Part shown: positions 39,198 to 52,792 of the stretch, piece by piece
Layout of the letters: the number at the start of each line of letters is the position of its first letter
How positions within the stretch are numbered: the stretch's first letter is position 1
Assembly (NCBI GenBank): GCA_963706325.1
Contig: CAVPLT010000007.1
Location: 512,001-576,000 of the forward strand
Source: an uncultured Nitrospiraceae bacterium
Lineage (GTDB): Bacteria; Nitrospirota; Nitrospiria; Nitrospirales; Nitrospiraceae
Direction of reading: 5' to 3'
DNA length: 64,000 nt
Made by a program: the position numbers and the translations under genes
Notes under the pieces: generated by a model
Told to the model about the DNA's origin: nothing
Seen by the model: the letters and a program-made list of their open reading frames with translations, nothing else
Databases searched by the model: none

Positions 39198-39938
39198 ATG
39201 AAGGCCATGATTCTCGCAGCTGGCTTCGGGACCCGGTTGAGGCCTCTCACCGACGTGACGCCCAAGCCGCTCCTCCCGGTTGCCGGTACTCCCATGATTG
39301 TCTGGAACTTGCTGCTCCTGAAGCGTCACGGCATTCTGGACGTCGTGATCAATCTCCATCATTTGGGGGCAATGATCGAGCAGGCATTGGGCGGCGGCGC
39401 ACGCTTCGGAATGCGGATCACCTATTCGCATGAGCCCGTGATTTTAGGCACCGGGGGAGGGATCAAGCAGGCTGAAAGCTCGTTTGGCGGCGAGCCGGTA
39501 CTCGTACTCAACGGCGATACTTTGTTTGAGCTAAACCTCACGTCGCTCCTCGCCTTCCATCAAGAGCGTGACGCGGCGGCGACGTTGGTGTTGCGTCATG
39601 ATCCCGAGGCGGCTCGTTGGGGGCTCGTCGAGGTGACCAATCAGGCCCAGGTTATGCGGATCACCGGCCGCGGTCGTTCCCTGTCACCACCCACGACGCC
39701 GCGAATGTTCGCCGGTATCCATATTCTGCACCCGCGCCTCTTGCGTTCCCTGGCGGTCGGCAAGGAATCTTCAATCATCGATGCCTATGTGCAGGGCATT
39801 CAGGAAGGGGAACGCATCATGGGATACGATTTCGACGGCTATTGGACCGACGTCGGCACGCCGGAACGGTATGCGCAGGTGGAACGTGATGCAGCGGCCG
39901 GATTGCTGAGTTTGGCCGCGAGAACCGCTGATGCCTAA
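39198..39938 (+). CDS. murU: MurNAc-alpha-1-phosphate uridylyltransferase-like nucleotidyltransferase
   Basis: MKAMILAAGFGTRLRPLT..PKPL, LGTGGG, NGD and WTDVGT; paired with amgK. Confidence 0.8.
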   Translation: MKAMILAAGFGTRLRPLTDVTPKPLLPVAGTPMIVWNLLLLKRHGILDVVINLHHLGAMIEQALGGGARFGMRITYSHEPVILGTGGGIKQAESSFGGEPVLVLNGDTLFELNLTSLLAFHQERDAAATLVLRHDPEAARWGLVEVTNQAQVMRITGRGRSLSPPTTPRMFAGIHILHPRLLRSLAVGKESSIIDAYVQGIQEGERIMGYDFDGYWTDVGTPERYAQVERDAAAGLLSLAARTADA

Positions 39939-40013
39939 GCTTAATAGGCTGTGGGAAAAAATGCCGAAGTTTCTAGGATTTGATGGGCAGGTGGTTGAAC
40001 AGGTTACGACTAT

Positions 40014-40137
40014 GCAGGATGGTCAAAAGGGCCGTCCAGCAAGGCCGCAGCGAGTGAAGGGCCGAGGCGTACCGCAGGGTACGTTGAGGATCTGAACGAT
40101 GCGAGAACGAAGCTGGTGGCCGTTTTCACCATCCTGC
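40014..40137. repeat. MITE-like structured repeat, copy 2 (124 bp)
   Basis: 18/20 terminal inverted repeat GCAGGATGGTCAAAAGGGCC / GGCCGTTTTCACCATCCTGC; same core as copy 1. Confidence 0.88.
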
Positions 40138-40141
40138 CTTC

Positions 40142-41533
40142 TTAGTCGCCGGCGTTGGGTTTTCGTTGCTTAATCAAGCGGGCAAGATAGGTTCGCTGTA
40201 GATCGAGAAACTCAGCTGCTTTGGTCTGATTGCCTGCCGCCCTGTCCAATGCTCGCTCGATGATATGAGCGCTGTGGGCTTCCATGGACTCATGGTAGGT
40301 GAGGTTCATGTAAGGAAGGGCGTTCTCCGCCGTTCCTCTTCCGGCACCCTCGTCGGTAGTCAACGCCAAAAACTCCGGTTCAATCACATCACTGGGACTG
40401 AGCACCACCGCGCGTGAGAGAACATTGTCGAGTTCGCGGATGTTGCCGGGCCAGGGGTAATGGGTCAATGCGGTGCGGGCGGCGGGGCTAAGTGTCACGT
40501 TCGGGCGCTTGGCTTCGTACGCATGCCGTTTGAGAAAAAAATCGGCGAGTCTCGGGACGTCTTCGCTGCGGTCCCGTAACGGTGGAAGCGTGAAGCTCAC
40601 GACATTGAGACGGAAGAAGAGATCTTCCCTGAACTGTCCGGCTTTCACCGCCTGCTTCAGATCCTTATTGGTAGCTGCCACGAAGCGAATGTTAACGGAC
40701 ACCGGACGGGTACCGCCGACCCGTTGGAATTCCTTGTCTTGCAGGACGCGCAACAGTTTGGCCTGTAACGGCAAGGGCATGTCCCCGATCTCGTCGAGGA
40801 AGACCGTGCCCCCGTCGGCCATTTCAAGCTTGCCCTTTTGGAGCCGATCGGCTCCGGTAAAAGATCCACGTTCATGGCCGAAGAGTTCGTTCTCGAGCAG
40901 GGTTTCCGTGAGCGCCACGCAATTGATCACGACCATGGGCATGCCTTGGCGCGGGCTCCATTGGTGGATGGAGCGGGCAAAGAGTTCCTTGCCCGTTCCG
41001 CTTTCGCCGAGCAACAGAATGCTGGCGTCCGAGTTGGCGGCGCGCTGCGCCGATTCAATGATGGCTTTAATCTTCTGGCTGTCCCCGACAATGGTGGCGT
41101 ACCGGTTCTGAATGTCGGATTTAAGGGCAGCCACTTGCCGTTTCAACGAGTCGCGCTCAAGCGCTTTTTGAATCACAATCAGCAAATGGTCTTTTTCGAG
41201 TGGCTTTGTCAGAAAGTCGTAGGCGCCCTGGCGCATGGCTTCGACGGCATCCGGAATCGTACCCGCGGCCGTCATGACGATGACGGGGATATCGTCGATC
41301 TGTTTGTTTTGGGCCATGCGCTTCAGCACGTCCATCCCCTTGAGGCGAGGCAAGTAGAGATCGAGCAGGACTAGGTTTGGGGATTCCTGCTCGATAAGCT
41401 CGATTCCGCGCTGACCGTCGGCGGCCGTCAGGGTCCGATAGCCGCCGGCGTCGAGACGATCTTGCAACATCGTGACGATGTCCTGATCGTCATCCACAAT
41501 CAGCACTTTAGCCTTCGTCGCGGTTCCGCTCAT
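40142..41533 (-). CDS. NtrC-family sigma54-dependent response regulator
   Basis: Receiver domain (VDDD, LLD, TA, KP), AAA+ GESGTGKE, GSFTGA, FLDEIGD, WPGNIREL and a Fis-type HTH. Confidence 0.95.
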   Translation of the reverse strand: MSGTATKAKVLIVDDDQDIVTMLQDRLDAGGYRTLTAADGQRGIELIEQESPNLVLLDLYLPRLKGMDVLKRMAQNKQIDDIPVIVMTAAGTIPDAVEAMRQGAYDFLTKPLEKDHLLIVIQKALERDSLKRQVAALKSDIQNRYATIVGDSQKIKAIIESAQRAANSDASILLLGESGTGKELFARSIHQWSPRQGMPMVVINCVALTETLLENELFGHERGSFTGADRLQKGKLEMADGGTVFLDEIGDMPLPLQAKLLRVLQDKEFQRVGGTRPVSVNIRFVAATNKDLKQAVKAGQFREDLFFRLNVVSFTLPPLRDRSEDVPRLADFFLKRHAYEAKRPNVTLSPAARTALTHYPWPGNIRELDNVLSRAVVLSPSDVIEPEFLALTTDEGAGRGTAENALPYMNLTYHESMEAHSAHIIERALDRAAGNQTKAAEFLDLQRTYLARLIKQRKPNAGD

Positions 41534-41559
41534 TCCGTCACCCTCATTCTTGGCGAGGC

Positions 41560-42882
41560 TCAGCTTTCCATCACATTCATGACCAGACCGGTCAGTGGCT
41601 TGGGGAAGAAGTAGGTCGACTTGTGGGGCATCCGCTCGCCTGCCGAGGCTACGGCCTGCACTTCGGCGACTTTCGTCGGGTTCAAAAGCAACGCGGCGGT
41701 GCCGGTGCCCTGCCGCACCCAGTTCAGAGATTCGTGATCATCCTTTGAGTACAGCATCGCTTCCTGTTCCTGCTGAGTCGGGCAGAGGGTGGCCACCACA
41801 TGTTGTTGCAGCAGTGACACGTCCAACCGATCACGTGGCGAGGCGGTTGCCGTGGGACGATGCGCCGCTTTTAACGTCAGCAAATAATACTGCGAGTCAT
41901 TCTTCAGCGCGAGGCCGAACATCGGCACTGACTGCCCACGGTCGCGCAGGGTTTGGATAAACTGTGCGCGCACCTGCGGTTCGTTGCCGGGTTGAAAGGG
42001 CAACGGCGTGACTTCAAAGGTCGGTTCGAGTCTGCGCAGCAATTCAGGAGCTGCCGGCACGGACGTCGTCAGGACACGATGCGTCGGGAGCACCGTCAAT
42101 CCCTTATCCTCGAGGCTCGCAAACAGCATCAGGACGTTGTCATAGGGCTGGGGGGTCGAGGGCGCGCCGGCCTGTTGTCGCCTGGCGCGGCGATAGTTGA
42201 GCGCCGTTTCATACCGATGATGGCCGTCGGCGATGAAGAGGAGCTTGGTCTGCATGATCTGCACGACTTTGTCGAGCACGCTTTTATCGGTGACGCTCCA
42301 AAGCCGCTGCCGAAAACCCACGTCGTCTTGAAAGTCGATGCGTGGTTTTACCGAGGCGATCGCCTGTTCGATCAGGGTTAGAATGTCGTTGTGCGGATCC
42401 GAGTAAAGGGAGATGATGGGGCTGAAGTTCGCGCGGCAGGCTTCCAGCAGATTGAGCCGATCCGTTTTGGCCGCTGCCCGCGTGTTTTCGTGCGGATAAA
42501 TCTTGCCTGAGCCGAATTCCTCCAGCTCCACTGTTGAAAGAAAGCCTTTAAAGAGTTTGGTCGGCGTGCCGGGAGCGGAATAGGGCGGTTGATATTCGAT
42601 CGTGTGATAATAAATAGCGGGTTGAGAGTCGCGGCGTAATGCGCCGGATTTCAGCCAATCCTTCAGGGCGATCGACGCGCGTGTATATTTACTGTTCGCG
42701 GTATTGTCGCCCGGTTGCTCATAGCCGAGTTCCAGGCGGATGACGTTGTTCGGGTGGCGATCGTGCAAGGTCTTCTGCAACGCACTGTCGATAATGTCAT
42801 AGGGCGGCGCGACCACCTGGCGGACATCGCCGACCGTCGAGGGGTTATAGAGCGTGCCATGAAAGGGGATGACGTGTGCCAT
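41560..42882 (-). CDS. DUF1015 family protein
   Basis: PPYD, PHENT, IADGHHRYETA, PTHR and MPHKSTYFFPK. Confidence 0.92.
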   Translation of the reverse strand: MAHVIPFHGTLYNPSTVGDVRQVVAPPYDIIDSALQKTLHDRHPNNVIRLELGYEQPGDNTANSKYTRASIALKDWLKSGALRRDSQPAIYYHTIEYQPPYSAPGTPTKLFKGFLSTVELEEFGSGKIYPHENTRAAAKTDRLNLLEACRANFSPIISLYSDPHNDILTLIEQAIASVKPRIDFQDDVGFRQRLWSVTDKSVLDKVVQIMQTKLLFIADGHHRYETALNYRRARRQQAGAPSTPQPYDNVLMLFASLEDKGLTVLPTHRVLTTSVPAAPELLRRLEPTFEVTPLPFQPGNEPQVRAQFIQTLRDRGQSVPMFGLALKNDSQYYLLTLKAAHRPTATASPRDRLDVSLLQQHVVATLCPTQQEQEAMLYSKDDHESLNWVRQGTGTAALLLNPTKVAEVQAVASAGERMPHKSTYFFPKPLTGLVMNVMES

Positions 42883-43010
42883 ACGGGTTTCTGTCCTTTT
42901 CTCTCGTGGGTGCGGTGTGATCCTGTCCACCGGCGGTGAGCCGGAGTTGTCGCTGAACGAGTGAACTCCGTCAGCGGCATGTGGGCGTTGTGAAGCCGAA
43001 CGGCGGCAAC

Positions 43011-44015
43011 TTAGCGGTCGCGAGTCACCATGTAATCGGCGGCGATGGACAGGGCGCGTTTAGCGGTGTTGTCGTGGAAGAGGTCAAGATCGCGTTTGGC
43101 GGCCGAGACGAAGGCGCGAGCCCGCTCCATGGCGTAAGCGATGGACCCGTACTCCTGCATCAGGGTCACGATGCGGCGAAGCTCTTCATCAGTCAGGGTC
43201 CTGGTCTCCATGCGATCCTTAATCAACTGCCGATCCTGCTCCGAGCAATGTTGCAAGAGGTGCAGCAGCGGCAGCGTCGCTTTCCCTTGCCGCAAGTCCT
43301 GCCCGAGCGTTTTCCCCAGATGCTCGCCATTGGCGGCGTAGTCTAACGTATCGTCCGCCAGCTGAAACGCAATGCCCAGACGCTGTCCGAATCGGAACAA
43401 CACTTCCTGTAACTCTTCCGTGGCTCCGCCGACGATTGCGCCGATTTTGCAGGAGGCCGCAATCAGTCCGGCCGTCTTATGTTCGATAATGCGAAGGTAT
43501 TCCGGTTCGGGCATCAGCGGGTTGCCGTTGTAGTACAGCTGAAGGACTTCCCCTTCGGCCATCTTTCGGCAAGCCTCGGAAAGCGCTTCATTGATGCCTT
43601 GGTTTCGAAAGTCGACGATCTGGCAAATCGCGCGCGAATAGAGATAGTCGCCGACCAAAATACTGATTTGATTGCCCCAGATTTTACTTGCGGTTCGGCG
43701 GCCTCGACGCAGTTCAGCCTCATCGACCACATCATCATGCAGCAACGTGGCGGTATGGATGAATTCGACCAGACTCCCGAGGGCCTGATGGTCGCGACCG
43801 GCATAGCCGCAAAGATGGGCGCTGAGGATGACAAAGAGCGGCCGCACTCGTTTGCCGCCGCTGTTGAGGATGTGAGCGGCGACCGTGTTGACGAGAGCCA
43901 CGCTGGAATCGAGGTTTTTTCGAATCTGTTCTTCGACCCCCTCCAGTTCTTCGCGATACACATCCCACACATCGGCCATGCTGTGGAGGGTGAGGGTGGT
44001 CGGTCCGTTCGACAT
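43011..44015 (-). CDS. ispB: Polyprenyl (octaprenyl-type) diphosphate synthase
   Basis: GGKRVRP, LLHDDVVD..RRG, KTA, FQLADDTLD and GKATLP. Confidence 0.9.
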   Translation of the reverse strand: MSNGPTTLTLHSMADVWDVYREELEGVEEQIRKNLDSSVALVNTVAAHILNSGGKRVRPLFVILSAHLCGYAGRDHQALGSLVEFIHTATLLHDDVVDEAELRRGRRTASKIWGNQISILVGDYLYSRAICQIVDFRNQGINEALSEACRKMAEGEVLQLYYNGNPLMPEPEYLRIIEHKTAGLIAASCKIGAIVGGATEELQEVLFRFGQRLGIAFQLADDTLDYAANGEHLGKTLGQDLRQGKATLPLLHLLQHCSEQDRQLIKDRMETRTLTDEELRRIVTLMQEYGSIAYAMERARAFVSAAKRDLDLFHDNTAKRALSIAADYMVTRDR

Positions 44016-44022
44016 GGAGCGG

Positions 44023-44052
44023 ATAGTAGGGCAGGAAACTGCACTAAGTCAA
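44023..44052 (-). promoter_or_regulatory. Putative sigma70 promoter (leaderless) for ispB
   Basis: TTGACT-N18-TACTAT ending 7 nt before the ATG. Confidence 0.55.
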
Positions 44053-44094
44053 GCGCTGGTCGATGGATTGTCCTTCAATTGCATCGCCGTTCTC

Positions 44095-44124
44095 TTGACA
44101 GTTTCACAACCCATCCAGTAAGGT
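44095..44124 (+). promoter_or_regulatory. Putative sigma70 promoter for gltBD
   Basis: TTGACA-N18-TAAGGT, ~125 nt upstream of gltB. Confidence 0.55.
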
Positions 44125-44250
44125 GACTTCTCATTTTATTTCCCCAAATCAGTGGTAGCAGTCACCGTGGTCGTTTGTCAGCTTGAACGTCCTCCTGTGG
44201 GGAATCTATTCCCCGGGTCATTGCCTGCCTGCTAGACGAGAATACGTGCC

Positions 44251-48771
<4,521 letters not shown>

Positions 48772-48816
48772 CGCGACGCGTTAAACGAGAGACGAAGGAC
48801 GAGAGACGAAAAAGCG

Positions 48817-50250
48817 ATGGGTGATCCAAAGGGCTTTTTGAAATACGCGCGTGAGGGGCCGAAGCGGAAACCGGTCGAGCTACGCGTGCTCGATTGGAAA
48901 GAAATGTACGAGCCGATCCCTGAGGACAAGCTCAAGATTCAAGGCGCCCGCTGCATGGACTGCGGTGTGCCGTTCTGCCAAGGTAACACCGGCTGTCCCG
49001 TCGTCAATTTGATCCCGGAGTGGAATGATCTCGTCTATCGCGGACGCTGGAAAGACGCGCTCAAGGCGCTGCACACCACGAACAACTTTCCGGAGTTCAC
49101 CGGCCGCCTCTGCCCCGCTCCCTGCGAAGGGGCTTGCGTGTTGGGGATCAACAGCGATCCCGTGTCGATCCGGGTGCTCGAATGGAACATCATCGACCGC
49201 GGCTTCAACGAAGGCCTGGTCGAACCGGCCATGCCCGTCAGAAAGACCGGGAAAACAGTCGCGATCGTCGGGTCAGGACCGGCCGGTCTCGCCGCCGCGC
49301 AGCAATTGGCGCGGGCGGGCCATGCAGTGACCCTGTTTGAAAAGGCCGATCGTATCGGCGGGTTGCTGCGCTATGGCATTCCTGATTTTAAAATGGAAAA
49401 GTGGGTGATCGACCGGCGGCTGGAGCAGATGAAGGCCGAAGGCGTCGAGTTCAAATGCGGTGTCGCGGTGGGACAAGACATCACCGGCGAACAGTTGCGC
49501 CAGCAATTCGATGCGGTCGGGCTCACCATGGGCGCCGAGGTGGCGCGCGATCTGCCCGTGCCCGGGCGAGAGCTCAAGGGCATTCATTTCGCCATGGAAT
49601 ACCTCACCCAGCAAAACAAGCGAACCGCGGGCATTTCCGTTTCCGACGAACCGATTACCGCCAAGGGTAAACGGGTGATCATCATCGGCGGCGGCGATAC
49701 CGGGTCCGACTGTCTGGGGACCGCGCATCGTCAGGGTTGCACTGAAGCCCATCAGTTTGAAGTGCTGCCTGAGCCTCCGCCCTCGCGCGCGGATTCCACT
49801 CCCTGGCCGCTCTGGCCTATGCAATTGCGTACGTCGCATGCGCACGAAGAAGGCTGTGACCGTCAATGGAGCGTGTCCACCACCAGGTTCACCGGCCATA
49901 ACGGTCACGTGACCAAGCTGCATGCCAACCGGGTGAAGTTCGAAGGCGGTAAGTTCGTCCCGATGCCGAATACGGAGTTTGAGCTGGATGCGGATCTCGT
50001 GTTGCTGGCCATGGGTTTCACGGGGCCGGTCCGCAACGGCTTCCTCGACAGCCTCGGCGTCACCTATGATGCGCGCGGCTGCGTGACGGTCGATGAGAAC
50101 TTCATGACCAACCTCGACGGCGTCTTTGCCGGCGGCGACACCAAGCGCGGCGCCTCACTCATCGTCTGGGCCATCGCCGAAGGGCGCAAGATGGCGGCGG
50201 GGGTCGATAAGTATCTGCAAGCCAATAAGTCAGCGAAAACAGGCCGCTGA
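48817..50250 (+). CDS. gltD: Glutamate synthase small subunit
   Basis: RCMDCGVPFC, GSGPAG and GGGDTGSDC; follows gltB. Confidence 0.97.
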   Translation: MGDPKGFLKYAREGPKRKPVELRVLDWKEMYEPIPEDKLKIQGARCMDCGVPFCQGNTGCPVVNLIPEWNDLVYRGRWKDALKALHTTNNFPEFTGRLCPAPCEGACVLGINSDPVSIRVLEWNIIDRGFNEGLVEPAMPVRKTGKTVAIVGSGPAGLAAAQQLARAGHAVTLFEKADRIGGLLRYGIPDFKMEKWVIDRRLEQMKAEGVEFKCGVAVGQDITGEQLRQQFDAVGLTMGAEVARDLPVPGRELKGIHFAMEYLTQQNKRTAGISVSDEPITAKGKRVIIIGGGDTGSDCLGTAHRQGCTEAHQFEVLPEPPPSRADSTPWPLWPMQLRTSHAHEEGCDRQWSVSTTRFTGHNGHVTKLHANRVKFEGGKFVPMPNTEFELDADLVLLAMGFTGPVRNGFLDSLGVTYDARGCVTVDENFMTNLDGVFAGGDTKRGASLIVWAIAEGRKMAAGVDKYLQANKSAKTGR

Positions 50251-50361
50251 AAAAGCCTCCCAGCGTCGTTCTCGCTTCGCTCAAACCCTCACGTACCGAA
50301 ACCGTACGCCTCGGGCTTTCGCTCGCTGCGGCCTAGCTGGATAGGCTCTTTAAGCGGCTTA
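50240..50361. repeat. MITE-like structured repeat, copy 3 (inverted orientation, ~122 bp)
   Basis: Reverse complement reads CCAGCTAGGCCGCAGCGAG..CCCGAGGCGTAC..GTACG..GCGAGAACGACGCTGG..TTTTTCAGCGGCCTG; contains the gltD stop codon. Confidence 0.85.
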
Positions 50362-50401
50362 AATCAGAAGATCTACACATGCTGTTTATATTTGGCCTGT
50401 G

Positions 50402-50430
50402 TTGACACAATCTACCTTGGGAAGTAGTTT
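50402..50430 (+). promoter_or_regulatory. Putative sigma70 promoter for the lower-GC orphan gene
   Basis: TTGACA-N17-TAGTTT. Confidence 0.55.
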
Positions 50431-50468
50431 TGCTTCTTCGGCAGTTGTTGTTAGCCACACATCTTAAA

Positions 50469-51089
50469 ATGACTCCAAAAGATATAGAGAAGCTGAGCGC
50501 AGATAAACGAACTCAGGCAGCCAAGGAAGGTGGTTATCTGTTGAATGAGGCGATTCGCGAGCTACTTGCTCCCGCACATATCGTGCGTTTGTCTGATGCG
50601 TGGCTGTCTCATAATCCGATCCCGCTCGTGGCATTGGCGGCTGTACGTCACTTGGCAGTCACCAGTGTTGTCAGGAACATATTTCGGTTGAAAGAAACGA
50701 GGGAGAGCTTTATTGAGGGGTGGCTGATTTCTGATGAAAGACTGAGGGCATTGGGTTTTCCACCTATAGAAGAGTTCATTGGCGCAGACCAATGGAATCA
50801 GTTCGTAGTTGTGCGCCATCAGTACGCGGGGCATGCTACAGGGAAGGAAGGGACCTTCAAGAGTCCTGGTCGAATAGTGCCTGCTTTGGTTTTGGGCAAA
50901 GCTGTTCGAGAAGCTGGTCTATTAGAGTTTGAATTACTGCTGGGACGGGTTCAAAACGAACTTGTACCAAGTGTCGAGAGGGTGCGCGATGAGATATACA
51001 AGCTGTATCCGGTCGCGAAAGAATTCGTAATCACTTATGCATTGGATCTAGAAAGAGCTACACATTTGAAAATGGGAGAAGGTAATTAA
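50469..51089 (+). CDS. Hypothetical alpha-helical protein with a HEPN-like Rx5H motif
   Basis: 206-aa ORF, visibly lower GC than its neighbours, motif VRHQYAGH. Confidence 0.6.
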   Translation: MTPKDIEKLSADKRTQAAKEGGYLLNEAIRELLAPAHIVRLSDAWLSHNPIPLVALAAVRHLAVTSVVRNIFRLKETRESFIEGWLISDERLRALGFPPIEEFIGADQWNQFVVVRHQYAGHATGKEGTFKSPGRIVPALVLGKAVREAGLLEFELLLGRVQNELVPSVERVRDEIYKLYPVAKEFVITYALDLERATHLKMGEGN

Positions 51090-51527
51090 ATGAGTGCGCG
51101 CGCGTATCCCCGCAGCCCAAAGGTTCTTCTCGGCGGCATCGCCCACCTCGGGCGTTTCATCGACAAGGTTCGACTGCGTCATGCAGGCAAGATTCAGGAC
51201 TACAACTACATTACGGTGGGATTCGATAAGTACCTGATCGATTTTTTGCAGATCGATGTGAAGGCTTTCGAGCAGCAGGTGTTGGCGGGTGGAAGTGATG
51301 AGGTCTTGCTGGCCTGGGTGAAGGCCAACGGTGGCAAGCATTCCGACCAAGAGATTGCGCAATGGTCGCAGGGACTTCTGACTGGAGGCCCGAAAGACGA
51401 TGCCGAAAGGCAACGATTCGAGGGACGCGTCCAAGCCATCGCGACGAAGCGCGGAGTGCCGGTGACGTCGCTACCTACCGCCCATACCTGGGTCGATATC
51501 ATTGAAATTGATGAAGGGCGGATGTAG
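51090..51527 (+). CDS. DUF5069 domain protein
   Basis: YPRSP...LGGIAHLGRFIDKVR...DYNY...FD..L..FL pattern and C-terminal IDEGR. Confidence 0.8.
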   Translation: MSARAYPRSPKVLLGGIAHLGRFIDKVRLRHAGKIQDYNYITVGFDKYLIDFLQIDVKAFEQQVLAGGSDEVLLAWVKANGGKHSDQEIAQWSQGLLTGGPKDDAERQRFEGRVQAIATKRGVPVTSLPTAHTWVDIIEIDEGRM

Positions 51528-51713
51528 CGCTTACGGACTAGCTTATCCGAAACAGGGCTCTTGAACCTACGACAGGGGCCGCATCTGCGAAGGCGGTTCT
51601 GTCGAGCGACTTGTGTCACATGTAGACGACGGTGTGGACAAGAGGCAGGTACGGAGAGGCGACTGGGCAGAATCATATCGTGATGGCTCTCCCCAGCCTG
51701 AAAGATGATTGGC

Positions 51714-52205
51714 TTATGCCCTCGGTTTTACTTTGAGCACGACGACGTCCAAGACAATTTGTTTCCCGGCGAGTGGATGATTGAAGTCGATCACAGCCGA
51801 ATCATCCGCCAGGGAGAGGACTGTGAACGGTCGGCCCTCGGGGGTCGTCGTTATTTCCCCCGCTGTAATAGTTTGCGGTAGTTGAGCGCGGGGTATGGTG
51901 GTTTTCTTCGTGGCATCGTATTGTCCGAAGGCGTGGTCCGCATCGAGTTCGACTCGTTTCTTTTCCCCGACATGCAATCCCACGAGGGCTTGTTCCAAGC
52001 CTGGTATCAGTTGTTTCGCTCCATGCGTGTATTCGCTGGTGTGAGGGGGGATGACAAGATGGTCATTGGGCACGGTGATCGTCATTTCAAGCGTCACCTT
52101 TGCGCCCTCTTCAATGGGAGGCGAGCTCGTCTGGGATTGGACGGGTCCGCTCAACATTATCATGGCCGTGAAGGCTGCGAGGAACATGACAGACAATTTA
52201 GACAT
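51714..52205 (-). CDS. Exported FKBP-type peptidyl-prolyl isomerase (SlyD/SlpA-like with insert-in-flap domain)
   Basis: Signal peptide, LIPGLEQAL, AFG and DFNHPLAG. Confidence 0.88.
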   Translation of the reverse strand: MSKLSVMFLAAFTAMIMLSGPVQSQTSSPPIEEGAKVTLEMTITVPNDHLVIPPHTSEYTHGAKQLIPGLEQALVGLHVGEKKRVELDADHAFGQYDATKKTTIPRAQLPQTITAGEITTTPEGRPFTVLSLADDSAVIDFNHPLAGKQIVLDVVVLKVKPRA

Positions 52206-52270
52206 GCGACACCTCATGAAAACTCAGAAATTTCGGGTTGCTAAACAGATTCTGCTTTTCTTGGTTTTTC

Positions 52271-52564
52271 TTATGGAGAGGTCGAATCGATTTTGACGAT
52301 CTTGGTCACTCGATTGTCCAGATCGATCTCCACGCTGCACGTATCTCCTTTGTGTAATCCGTTTAAGATTTCAGCCGATGTGGCATGGAGAGTCCAGACT
52401 TGGCCTTCCATCGTCTTAAATGTCAGACTTGGAGCCGCTGTGTCAACCGATTCGATGCTTACGCGAGTATAAGCCAGCGAGGCCAAGCTTTCTGTGGTGA
52501 CTATGAAAGCGGTCGTGAACCCCGGCAGGATGAGCAAGCCGGCCAGTAAGAGAGACTTGATCAT
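52271..52564 (-). CDS. Small exported hypothetical protein (OB-fold-like)
   Basis: AGGAGG RBS, signal peptide, beta-rich LHKGDTCSVE pattern. Confidence 0.65.
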   Translation of the reverse strand: MIKSLLLAGLLILPGFTTAFIVTTESLASLAYTRVSIESVDTAAPSLTFKTMEGQVWTLHATSAEILNGLHKGDTCSVEIDLDNRVTKIVKIDSTSP

Positions 52565-52792
52565 GTCATCCTCCTTTTGCTGGAAATGAAAAGGCCATTG
52601 GCTATTTCATTCAAGCAACGAGCCTAGAGAGGCATCGGCCCTCCAGTCGGAGGATTCGTTAATTCTTTCAGCACTTAGTGGTCAGATCCCGGAAGAGACA
52701 ATGCGACATCGGCACCGTTTTTTCGCGCATCTTGTCCCGATGGGACTTTTTGTCCGTGAAATAAACTACTGACTCATTCTGGAACGATCGAT

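Noticed and set aside
39945..39961. TAGGCTGTGGGAAAAAA resembling an isolated IS end upstream of repeat copy 2
   Set aside because: No partner inverted end or transposase was found, and it is too short to support.
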